Assembly: GCA_965649765.1 (NCBI GenBank)
Contig: OZ287749.1
Location: 7,564,001-7,628,000 of the forward strand
DNA: 64,000 nucleotides
Source of the DNA: Bispira polyomma
Lineage: Eukaryota
Reading direction: 5' to 3'
In this document: piece after piece, positions 30,201 to 42,200 of the stretch
Layout: the number at the start of each line of letters is the position of its first letter
How positions within the stretch are numbered: the first letter of the stretch is position 1
Program-made: the position numbers and the translations under genes
The notes under the pieces: model-generated
Seen by the model: the letters and a program-made list of their open reading frames with translations, nothing else
What the model was told of the DNA's origin: nothing
Database searches by the model: none

Positions 30201-33200
30201 ACACAGTAAGTATTGTGATATTGAAAATAAAAAGACATACTAAATTGACTAGTATATTGACAACATATTTGAAGGCAATCTTTTGGGCCTAAAGTGTTAG
30301 TAGGCCTTAACTGTTACAGCAACAGTACAGTCTCAGATGCGAGTAGGTAGAGAATGAAGATAAAGCCGGAGTGAGTAGCTTAAGGTCATGCTGCTGTCTG
30401 AGTTCAAGGTCACATAACAAGAGAAAACACCATCTCAAGACCCTTGTGGTTAGGGAATCAATATAATTACCATATTCTCTGTAATAACGGCCACTGGGAC
30501 AATACCTGTTATTATGTTGGACATTTTTCTCGGTCTACTTCTCAATTTATTAGTATCCAAGTGTAGTATAGACCAGTGTTTTACACCAAGTCTTTACACT
30601 TAACCCGACATCTTTTTCCAGGTCCAGCATCAGGACATTCTCTCACACCAGCATGTACTGGACTCTCTCACTGAACGTGTTCACACGATGCAGGCCCGCA
30701 CTTCTACAGACTCACGGGTGGGGCGACAGCTACAGGAACTGGCCTCACATTACAGAGAGCTGTGTAGTATGAGTAGAGACCTACTGGATAGGTTCCAAGT
30801 ACAGGTGTGTATACAGTGTGTATGTCAGGTGTGTGTATAGGTGTATGTCAGGTGTGTATACAGGTGTAAGTCAGGAACTGAGATCCCGTTACAGAGAGCT
30901 GTGTAGTATGAGTAGAGACCTACTGGATAGGTTCCAAGTACAGGTGTGTATACAGTGTGTATGTCAGGTGTGTGTATAGGTGTATGTCAGGTGTGTATAC
31001 AGGTGTATGTCAGGAACTGAGATCACATTACAGAGCTCTGTGCAGTATGAGTAGAGACCTACTGGATAGGTTCCAAGTACAGGTGTGTATACAAGTGTGT
31101 GTAGATATATTTTTGGTGATAAGTGAAGGTTTATTCGTGTACTTGGTTTCAGAAACTATATCTCGGGTAGCAGTGTTACGCTCGGGTGCGTAGGGCACTG
31201 GGTACCCGTTGAGATTACTAACCCCTAAATCTAGGGCATAATATAAAGTGTAGGACAGGTATGTATATACCATCTGTACATTGTGTCCTATTACAAAATC
31301 TCAAACTGTTTGCAGGTGAGCGAGCATCAGTCGTATAGTGACAGTCACCAGGAGTGTGTGGACACGCTGAACACACTCCGAGAGAGGCTTACTTCCTGTA
31401 GACAGGCCGTGGCCGATAGATACGCCATACAGAACACATTGGAACACTTACAGGACCTACAGTACCAGGTGAGTCTCTACCAATCAGATTGTCTGTTACA
31501 TACAGAACACATTGGAACACTAATAAGACCTACAGTACCAGGTAGTCTCCGCCAATCAGATTGTCTGTTACATACAGTGACTTATCACATCATAAGCATG
31601 TTAAAGCCATAAATATGTCAATTATGACATTGTCTGTGATGTATCACAATAGCAGAAGTCAAAAATATGATTGTAGTTGCAAATATAAAGCCTAACCTGA
31701 GAGAATAACAGATTAATTGTTTGTCACTTTCCATCAATACCAAAAACAGTGGCCCTTTAAACATATTTGACAGTGTGTTTTCATATTGTAGTCATGGTAA
31801 CCTTGGTGTTTCCGTAGATTCAAGATGCAGAGACTAAGACCAAGTCCGTGTCCCAACTGTGTGACAAAACCCAGCAGACGACCTCTATCGGGGGGACGGA
31901 GTTGCTGAAGAGAGAGATGGCCTCGCTGCGCTCAGACTGGGAGGCTCTGTCTGCCGAGGCTGTGGATGTCAGGATGGGACTAGAGAGGGCGCTACTGCAG
32001 TGGCAGGAGTTTGAGGAGGCGCATGAGTTACTGACAGGATGGATGCAAAGGTGTGAACAGACACTGAAAGGACTGGAGCTAAAAGCCACGCTAGAGGAGA
32101 AACAGGAAGTGGCTACACGACTGAAGGTAGGAGGGGCATTGTGGGAAACGGGAAGGGGGGGAGGGATGTAACAGGAAGTGACTGCACGACTATAGGTAGG
32201 AGGGGCATTGTGGATAACGGGAGGGGGTAATTTGGGTGAATTTACAACCCATGCCAAACTGATTATGGGTGTTTTAAGTTCAAATATCAACCGCTTTGCA
32301 AGTTAATCTTCACAAAATTGCAACGTCCAATGGAAATGTTCAGTATTAAAAAATGCAAAAGAAATACAAAAGAGAAAAAAAAAAAAATACAGAAGATAAT
32401 TAAAACCATCTATATTTAGCATGATTCTTTATGTGAGGTAGGTGATGTTACAGTATATTTGTTTTGGACATTTAATGGAGCACTTATAATGTAGTTCTCA
32501 TTCTGTCAAACCGTGACCGCGTGTCAACATATCATGTATTTATGTAATCTAAGCTGCAATTGTGTTAATTTCCCTGTTCTCTAATTATTTTCCTATCAGA
32601 CGCTGAGGACAGAAGTGGAGGAGCATCAGTCAGACGTTGACAAGTTCACTGACCAGGTCCAGAGCCTAATGGTGAGCACTAGTGATGTGAGACTGCCCAC
32701 GTACGTCTCCCAGACAACCAGTCGCTATGAGAACCTTCACAGCGCAGTCAGAGACCAGATGAACAGGTGGGACAAGTACGTTACTGACCACCTGGAATAC
32801 AGAGAGAAGTACAACACCTTTACCAAGTGGCTCAAGGTCACTAAGGACAAACTGGACACGCCCACTAGTGGCCGAGGCACTGACCAGGACTCGTTACATG
32901 AGAGACGTAAACGGTTGGAGCTGGTTGTACAGGAGAAAGACGATGGCTTTCAGAAACTAAACGCCGCTGTAGAACAAGGCGATAAACTCTACCCCGACAC
33001 CGCCACAGCGGGACGGGAAAAGATTCGGCAGCAGCTACGCACAGCAAAGGAAGTGTGGGACAGTCTCCTGAGTGGTATCACTGAGCAGCAGAGGAAAGTG
33101 GAGACAGAACTCAGCCAGTGGGTGACGTACAGCGAGGGGGCGAAATCTGTGGAGACATGGCTGAGTGAGATGGAGGGTCTAGTGAAGGGAGAGCTAGAGC

Positions 33201-36200
33201 TGAAGGACACACTGGCTGAGAAACGGGGACAGCTACAGGGACAGAAGGTAAGGGGGTGGGGCAGAGAGAGGGGGCTTAGAGGGTGGGCTAATGGTTGAAA
33301 GAGATGGAGGAGGGTCTAGTGAAGGAGATCTGGAGCTGAAGGATAACGGAGACAGCTACAGGGACAGAAGGTAACGGGGTGGGGAAGAGAGGGTGGGGCA
33401 TAGAAGGGGAGGGGGGTAGTGGCTGAGTGAGATGGAGGGTCTAGTGAAGGGAGATTTGGACAGGGACAGAAGGTAAGGGAAAGGGGCAATGATAAGGGGG
33501 TTGGGGCAGGGATACAGGGGTGGGGAAAAATAGGGGTGGGGCTAAGATAGAGGGGTAGAGCAGAGATAGGGTGGGGTAAGATAGAGGGCAGAGATAGAGG
33601 GTGTCGGTATAGGAATAGGGGGTGGGGCATGTCTAGACAACAGGAATAGAAAGTAAGGGGATGGGGAATGAGCACAGATATAGGGGAGTGAGCACAGGTC
33701 ACAGTGCGGTTAGGCACAGGTAGGGGTATAAGATAAGGGTGCAAATAGAGAGATAGAAAATCAGAGGGCTGGGTAGAATATTTACAGTTAAGGGTCGGGG
33801 ATTAGGCTGCGGTTGCACTGAATGAGTGTTAGGAGTGGGATAATTGTGTCCATGTAAGGGGTCCGAGATAGAAGTATTACATTTTAGATTATTTTTAGAT
33901 TACAAATACTGTCATATACTACTTAATGAGTTGTTGTCTGTGACTATGGTAACTGTTTCCATGCTGTTGTTTCCAGGGTTACTTACATGACATCAGTTCA
34001 CATAGCCGTGCTGTGGAGTCTGTTGTAGAAAAGGCTCAGTCCTTGTTACAAACCTCCACAAGCGGGGCGGTCACACAGGTTGCCCAGGAAACCTCCTCCA
34101 GATACAACGCACTGATGGACAAAACCAGGGTAAGTCTGTTTGATTAGATATGTATGTGTGTTTGTCTCTGCTTTAATGATGGTGGCCTTTTTCACACACT
34201 CAGGAATTTGACACAAAGTGCACCATATTGCCTTGGCAACTGAAATAACTGGTGCATCTTCAAGTTTATAGAAATATTTGTTTGTTGTATGTACAAACAA
34301 TGTGTTCTTTCAAAGTCAAACAATCCTATTATGTGGTAACATGCAATGCTCTCTAGTTTGTATAATCTGGTAAGTGCATCCTTCCACTCTGACATGATGT
34401 GTATTTCCCCCCTTTATTACAGGAGTATATCGTGGAGTGTGAGAGGCGCGTGTCTGAGCATGCTCAGTACACAGAGACTCACCAGGTGGCGCTCGAGTGG
34501 CTTGCACTGATGAGCGACAGGCTCCAGATGTGTACAGATGTCGGCGGAGACAAACACGCAGTGTCTAACAGACTGGATAGGGTCAAGGTTAGTGCAGGAA
34601 CTCTGTGTGTAGGGATATTGGTGAAGTCAAGGTCACTGCATGAACTCTGTGGATGGGGGTGTTGTAATGGGAGGCAGTGTCAAGGTCACTTAATATTAAA
34701 TTTAAAAAAAAAAAAAACAAACCCTGTCCCAATAGCCTTCACTTTGTAGATGTTTTACTATACATCCTATCTGTAAAAGCTATAAGACTTAAGAAACAAT
34801 AGGGGATGGTCTCAAGTATGAATGTAGGTTCGGTTTAAAAAAGATTTCTAAAACATTAACAATTAAGGATAGGTGGACTGTTATGAAAGCATTATGAAAG
34901 CCCATGACTGAGTCGGCAATGAGTTTGTTAAAGTGAACATTGCCATTAGTTCAGATGATTGAGTTTCTCCTGTGTATGTTTTCAGGATCTTCTGAGTAGT
35001 CGCCCCGAGGGGGAGACCAAACTAAAGCAGTGTGAGTCTGTATCAGAGAGTGTTCTACCCAACACTGGCCCCAACGGCAGGGACGTCATACAACAGGAAG
35101 TGGGTAGTCTGAGGGAGGGATGGACACAGTACTGTACAGACGTGGACGCTACACAGACAAACCTGGCTGCTGTAATGAAAAGGTGTGTGGGTGAGGGTGT
35201 GTGTGTATGGGTGTATGTCTGGGTGAGGGTGTGTGACGCTAAACTGGATATAAAACTAAATCTAAAATGCAACCAGTCCCAGTGTTGTGTTCTAAAATGC
35301 CCAACTCTTTATTTCTCATATTTTGAGGTTGAATGAGTGTGTGAGTGTCTGTGAGTTTGTGTGTGTTGTGTAAGTATAAATCTAACCAACCTAAATCCTC
35401 TGTCTCTTGTACTTCACTTGTCATAGGTGGAATGAGTACGAAGCCGCTTATGAAGAGTTACTGAACTGGGTCAAGGAGACAGAAAAGAAGGTCAAGGCTG
35501 TGACCTTAGTTGCGACCTTGGATGAAAAGAAGACTCAGGTTACCAAGTTCAAGGTCAGTGTATAAAGGTTTTGGTTCTCCTTTTCTCCACCGTGTGTGCA
35601 AATTATTTGATTTCACCGGGGGTGTGACGGGTGAGCACAAATGGGCCGTATGGTTAGTTTAAACCCATCTGAGGAGTTAGTTTAGCAACATGGGCGGCTG
35701 ATGTAAACAAAAGTATGTCAAAAAATTACAATTCTAACATAATTATGAGGAAAACGTATAATTATTTACTAAAATTAAACAATAATAATTTGTACTTTGA
35801 CAAAGTGTTTTGATCTGACATGTGATAATGTAATGAATTTTATGTTCATAATGTGCATGTTTTCGAGTAGTTTTCAAATAAATTGGGCCTATTATTGATT
35901 AACGGCAAACCCGGTTACACCCTTAAATAGCACCAGTTTAATTTTTTAATTAATAGATGTGAAGCAAATATACAACTTAATATGTGTGCAGCAAATGTGT
36001 AACTAAGAGATGAGAGACGAAGTAGTTTAGATTGCAATTCTTGCTTGTACTGTTTGCTGCAATGACCTCGATTTTGATTGGACGTTTTATAATTATGTGA
36101 CTGATCATATGACCACAGGAGCAGTACAAGTCAGTGGAGGAGTTTTCTGCCGATATTGACAAGTTCTCAGACATGGAGAATGTAAGGGGGACTTTGTCTG

Positions 36201-39200
36201 CATGTGACTTGTTGTCTCTAGCTGTTTGTGCGTGTGTGTGTATAATATACTCCCCTTTAAAACCAATGGGCACTATGGTCACCTAAGGGTCTTAACCATT
36301 TGCCTGCCTACCAGCCGTAAATATAGGAAACGTTATTCATTTACGAAAAGCCTATCTGCTTTATACATACTTGTCACTGACTATACACGATGTTTTCTTT
36401 TTGAATGGAGATGCACATCATTGTCATTTATAAGCCTGTGTAGTAAATGAAAAACACATAAAGGGAATGTTTTAGCCTATGTATTTACTAGTTAGTGCTA
36501 GTGTGTGGATAATACTGTTAAATTAGCCCATAGTGAGATGGTTAGGACTTGGATATGGTGAAATTACAAGCATTTCAAGCTTTCTACACTATTTTGTACA
36601 ATAATTCTTCCTAATAATATATTTTTCGGTGAAACCGGTTCTTGCTTTTGACTTCTGATAGATCGGTTTAGCATTCAAACCAAGCGGAAAGCTATTATCC
36701 GGTTTGCCATCTTCTACACTACTCAAGAGTGATGTGTATTAAGGTCAGTTGTTCACTGAGAATGACTGACCTCTAGTGACCTCAGTTGTCCATTGATTTA
36801 AGGGTGTAGTGTATTAGCTCTTCTGTGTTCTACATTCCTCTTCAGAAGGTGTTGGTGACCTAGTTGCATGTTGCAAGCCACTGTTTGTTTAGGTTGTAAT
36901 GGCAGCAATAAAGGGAAGGCATTAGATTACTAACCTTACGTTTTCTTTATGTGCTTATTTCCCCTTCAAAAATACTTCCTTTGATGAAATTTTAAGGTGG
37001 ATTTTAGTCTAGACAAGTTAAGACAGGTCCGTGGTTTACAGTGGCTTTAGCACTGGTCTCTTCTGCCATTTGATCTGACTGTTATAATGTGACTTTAAGC
37101 TGTTATAAGCGATCTAAAACCCATTTGAATCCACACAGTTTCCTGTGAATCACCTCTGTATTTCTCATTTTAACCAACGATCATGCGAGGTAATGCAACC
37201 TTCTTGTGTTCAGTAACAATATTTAAGTCCAGCATATGATGCACAGAAACATTTGCAGACAAGTCAGAGACCGTATTCACCAAAGGACTTAGTCTTAACT
37301 TAGTCTTAACTTAGTCTTGAGGTTTAATTTTTAAGTCTAAAATATCCAAGACTGTCTATTTTCTTAGTGTTAAGAGCAAATTTCTCTTACTGAGAAATCT
37401 AAGGAGAAACATCTTAAGCTAAAGGCTTCAGTTAATTTATAGACCTTGTGTGAAAATTGTCCCAGATCTTTTAAGGGAAGATGCCAGGCTGTAATTTTAA
37501 ATGCAAAAACATTATTATATTCACAAGTAAAATATGCTTCTAAAACACAGTTCAGTGCAGCTTTAATTGCAAGGTCTTCCACTGCTTGGTGATGGGTGTA
37601 TGTTTAACTGTATAATGTTCTTTTGTATGTTATTAGGTATGAAATGTTCCTGTTTTGTGATGTCATTTTAGTTCTATACTAACTATTGGAGAAAGGATTT
37701 CACCAGTTTTTGGTTCAATGTTTAACATATTTTCTGTACCATTTGATGATATGGGACATTAGGAATAAACGAACCTTTAGGCAAATCTAGAAAAGCAAAC
37801 TATACATGTATGTGCTTGTTAAAAGGAATTGCTTCAAAGTATTTGCATAAATATTAATTTTTTTTTGGTCAAAAGATGCCACATTTTATTTCTTGGTCGA
37901 TACGTTTCCCCTATCTTTTGATAAAATGACACCCTAGATTTAGAAATAATGCTATCTTTATTCAGACTGAGTTGGCAGTGAAGTTGATGGGAATTTTTAT
38001 AGTCCCAGAATATCGTCCTCTCCTTAAACATACAGAACTTTTTACACACATATTGGTGTGGCACACCAGTTTGCAGTGCCAGTACCGATTCATCAGTACA
38101 GATTCATCAGTACTGAATCACCAGTACATCAAAGAATAATGCCTTATTTATGTAACACTACAAAATACATGCACATCACAAAATGGCTCAGTGAGACAAT
38201 TTTAATGTGCTGTCTATCGAGAATGTAATGAAAGGTACCATTTGAAATGACTATTAAGATACACTTAGTCCTTCTCAGATATAAGAAAGTTATGACTTAA
38301 AAGGTTGTGCTGTCTGTCGAGAATGTAATGAAAGGTACCATTTGAAATGACTATTAAGATACACTTAGAATGGTCCTTCTCAGATATAAGAAAGTTATGA
38401 CTTAAAAGGTGAAACAATAAGTCTCTTAACATTTTAAATATCCCAGCAAGAATTTCAACATACCTGCTGTACTGTTCTGGTGCGATATACTCACGCATGT
38501 CTGTGAATGATGCTCTAGCCAATTTTATCCGTGACCCTACTTAGAAATAGGTAGTCAACTAATGTATGATGCTATTTATATTTTAGTATGTAGTTTGTGG
38601 ATGTTGGTTGTCTTTTAGAGATAGTTTTCTCTTCATATGTTCTATACATGTATCTTATCCATTGTTTCAGGATATACTTTATCATGTCTAACATGTAGCT
38701 TATTTAGTATTTCAGGTCAGTTTGTTAGATTTAACTCTAGTAGAACTTCTATTATCCAAACATGTTGGGAGAGCATGTTTTTTATTTAGATAATAGAAGA
38801 TTTGTAAAATAAAAGACAGTTTGGGAAATTTTTTGGAGTGAATGTCAAATATTTGGATAATAGAAGTTCAGATAGTAGAGGTTCTAGTGTCTTTATATTT
38901 CAGGGTCGTATCTGACTTCTGACCTTATAGCTTCTATTTTGTATGGTGTTTTTTTTATCAAAATGGTCTTTTGTTTAAAACAGATTACAAAAAAAAAAGG
39001 ACTTTATGAAGTGTTTTTTTCTAATTAAAGTATTCTATGGCAGTTTAAAATATTCAGGAGTAGTTATCTTCTACGAAAACCTTTAATAAAATAATAAACA
39101 TTATTTCCATTGCAAGGATGTAAAGATTCTATGAGCCTTTTTGTATCGTAATTGTAATATTGAAAGTGTTTAGACCAGGTATTTGGAATAGGCCAGATGC

Positions 39201-42200
39201 AGTATATCCAATATACATTTAATCCCTGTCAATTTTGGCTAAAGAATCTAGGTGACAAATCTAAAACTCTCACTTGTAAAGAAGAGCAATATCGGCATAT
39301 TTATTCACTACATTAAAAGCTTGGTTTGAAATGCCAGGTACTATTTTCATTCTTACATAGTGGTCTTGTTTGCCTAGTGGTTAAGGTTTGTCTTGGTGAT
39401 CAGAAAGTCCCTGTTTCTAATCCTGGTTGAAAGTCTTGGTCTGGTGATCAAAAGGTCACATAATATTATATACTATTACGTAGCTTAGTGGTTAGAGAGT
39501 CGGTCTAGTGATCAGAAAGTCCCTGGTTCACCCCTTAGGAATACTTCTAGGGTAGGATAACATCCTTGGGCAAGATGTGACCTCACCATTGCGTACTAAT
39601 GATGACCCAGGTTATGTTGTAGGACTATCCCTTTTAGAAAATGAGCGCGTTAGAGGATGTTCTCATCAATTTGGCACTTTGTAAGTGTTTCAATTATTAT
39701 TATTATTAAGATAATATATCACTAGGGTGCTATATAAATGATTCAATAATAATTATAGTAAAACAAACGATAATATATGAACGTTACAGGAACTACTACA
39801 AGACATCAAGTCTCGCCAGCAACAAGTGGATCTTGTTGCCGACAGAGCTCAGACCGTGTCCCAGGTTACTGCGGAAACCAGAGTAGCAACCTATGTGACC
39901 CAAGTGACAACCAGGTACCAGTCACTGCTTACAACTGCAAAGGTAGGAATTAGCTTTTATGTGTGTAGTTAACTCTCATATAATTTTAAAAAGACCCATA
40001 TAACAGGACGAATTAGCTGGCTATGGTACCCTTTACTATGTGAAGGGTAAAAGGGAGTTGTGCTCCTTACTGCTACTGTTAACCCCCCCTACTCTTACGA
40101 CCTTGCTATGCCAATAGTCTTTACCATTGGATTACCATCAATAAAGCGCATTAAAATGCATAATAATAAAAATAATTCTCTATTTTGCTGTTTTGGTGAA
40201 AATAAAAGGAAAATGGATGTCTGTATTCTTAGGATTTGACACTAACAGTCTTGGAGCATTTCATTTGTAGCAGTTTGGTTTGTGGTAGTGTTTTAAGGTG
40301 TTTACAAACTGTATGAAGTAGTTCAGAAAAGCCTGAATGATCAGCGCCGTAAAAAATATTTTTAGCCAATCAAATTGTGAAAATGAAAGAATAAGAATCT
40401 TTGTGAATACCAGCCCTGGTGTACATATTAAATGACAGGTGCGGCAAAATATTTCTTAGTTTATAAACTTATACCATAGCAGAGTTAAAAATTATATGTG
40501 ATGCCTGAGGTAGTTTGTGGTGTGTGTTTAAGAGACTTCAGCTGTGTGTAAACCCATTGCTGAAAAATTTCCTTTAGTTCTCGAAGGTAGGTTTCTCCTA
40601 CTTGTGAAATGATTGAAACAGTTTTGAGTTTGGTCAGCTTTTCAGTGTTGTTGACATTGTGTACTTCAGGACATTGTGAAGAAGTGTGAGCAGAATGTTG
40701 TAGAGCACGAGGATTATAAGGACAAGTATCAGACGGCAGCGAGATGGGTGGAGGGGGCTCGTGAAAGATACACCTCCTCTACTACACTGGGGAATACACG
40801 CACAGATGTACAGACTAAACAACACACTATACACGTAAGTAAGGGGGTAGTGAGGTCGGTAAAGGAGGGAGAGGTATACCTCCTCTACTAGGGAATACAC
40901 GGACTGATGTACAGACTAAACAACACACTATACACGTAAGTTGGATCGATCAATATCAAAATATTTGAATTTGGTTAGCTTTAAACTCTCGCCATTTAGT
41001 AAAACCTTCATGCCACTTCTGTAAACATGGCCGCAAACAAGTATTTCAAAGTGCGACAAATTGCTTTATTGCGATAACAGGACTTCGGTCCAGTTTGATA
41101 AATATTTTGATATGTACTATACCATACCCATACCTACATATCAGTATTGTCATAACCTCAAATGTATCTATACACAATTTTACAGGCTTTAGTACTGGTT
41201 TTGAGTGTATCAGTCAAGCTCTAGAGTCTATAGCAAGTTGACTGTTCACATACTAGTAGCGTCTGTATATAAGACCTAATCCCTGTGTACATATTTCAGC
41301 CTTTAGTCCAGGAGGAGGCTGGTTTTAGGAAGTTTTATAAGTCTTATAAAACGTTTGTTGTACTTGGATCAATATTGTATTTTACCTAAGATTTATCACT
41401 GTATACATTGTGAGTTAGTTTGAGATTGTTGGCAGTATTTTTAAGTCAATATAAGCCTTTTTTTGTCTGAGATATAATACTAGTTCACTGTATTCACTTT
41501 CCAGGCTTTAGTCCATGAGAAAGAGTCAGGCTTTGAGCGTGTCAGCCAAGCTCTAGAATCCGGAGACAAACTCTACCCTAGTACTTCTACAGAGGGCAGA
41601 GAGATCATACGTAACGAGTTACGCCGGCTAAAGACAGACTGGGACGGTCTCTATGATGATGTACTGAGTGTACAGCGCCATCTAGAGGTCAGTCTGGTGC
41701 AGTGGACGTCATTTGAGGACAGTTACGAGCAGCTGGAGGGATGGCTGGAGAATATGGAGGGTCAACTGGCAGGGGAGATACCATTACACGCTACACTGGA
41801 GGAAAAGAAGGGACAGTTACAGACTTATAGGGTGAGTGTACCAGGGGTGGGGTTAGAGGGGGGTGGTGTAGGGAGAGGGATGGCTGAGGAATATGGAGGG
41901 TCAAATGGCTGAGGAGTTGCCGGTACATGCTACATTGGAGGAGAACATGGGACAGTCTCAGATGGGTTGATGTGGCTGTACAAGGGGTAGAGGGTGGGGG
42001 TCAGGGTTTTGGTGAGGAGTGACGTTGGGGTAGGGGACTGTCGATCGAGGAGAAATGCATTGGGGGTGAGGTATTACTGGGAGATTGTGGGGGTTGGGGA
42101 AATGTACAGGGTGGGTTGGGGTCAAAGCATGGTTATTGTGATGGGAATTCCAGTCCAGTTAATGTCCAAATCTGTAGTCCTCTCAGTGTGTAAGTAGTAA

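Noticed and set aside
37139-37189. Possible 51-nt in-frame exon with GAG-gtaatg donor
   Set aside because: The acceptor derives from a SINE tail without a pyrimidine tract; the peptide is uninformative.
38700-38722. AG-GT recursive splice-site-like motifs (also about 10622, 25801, 37636, 58992)
   Set aside because: These introns are only 1-7 kb and such motifs are expected by chance in U-rich DNA.
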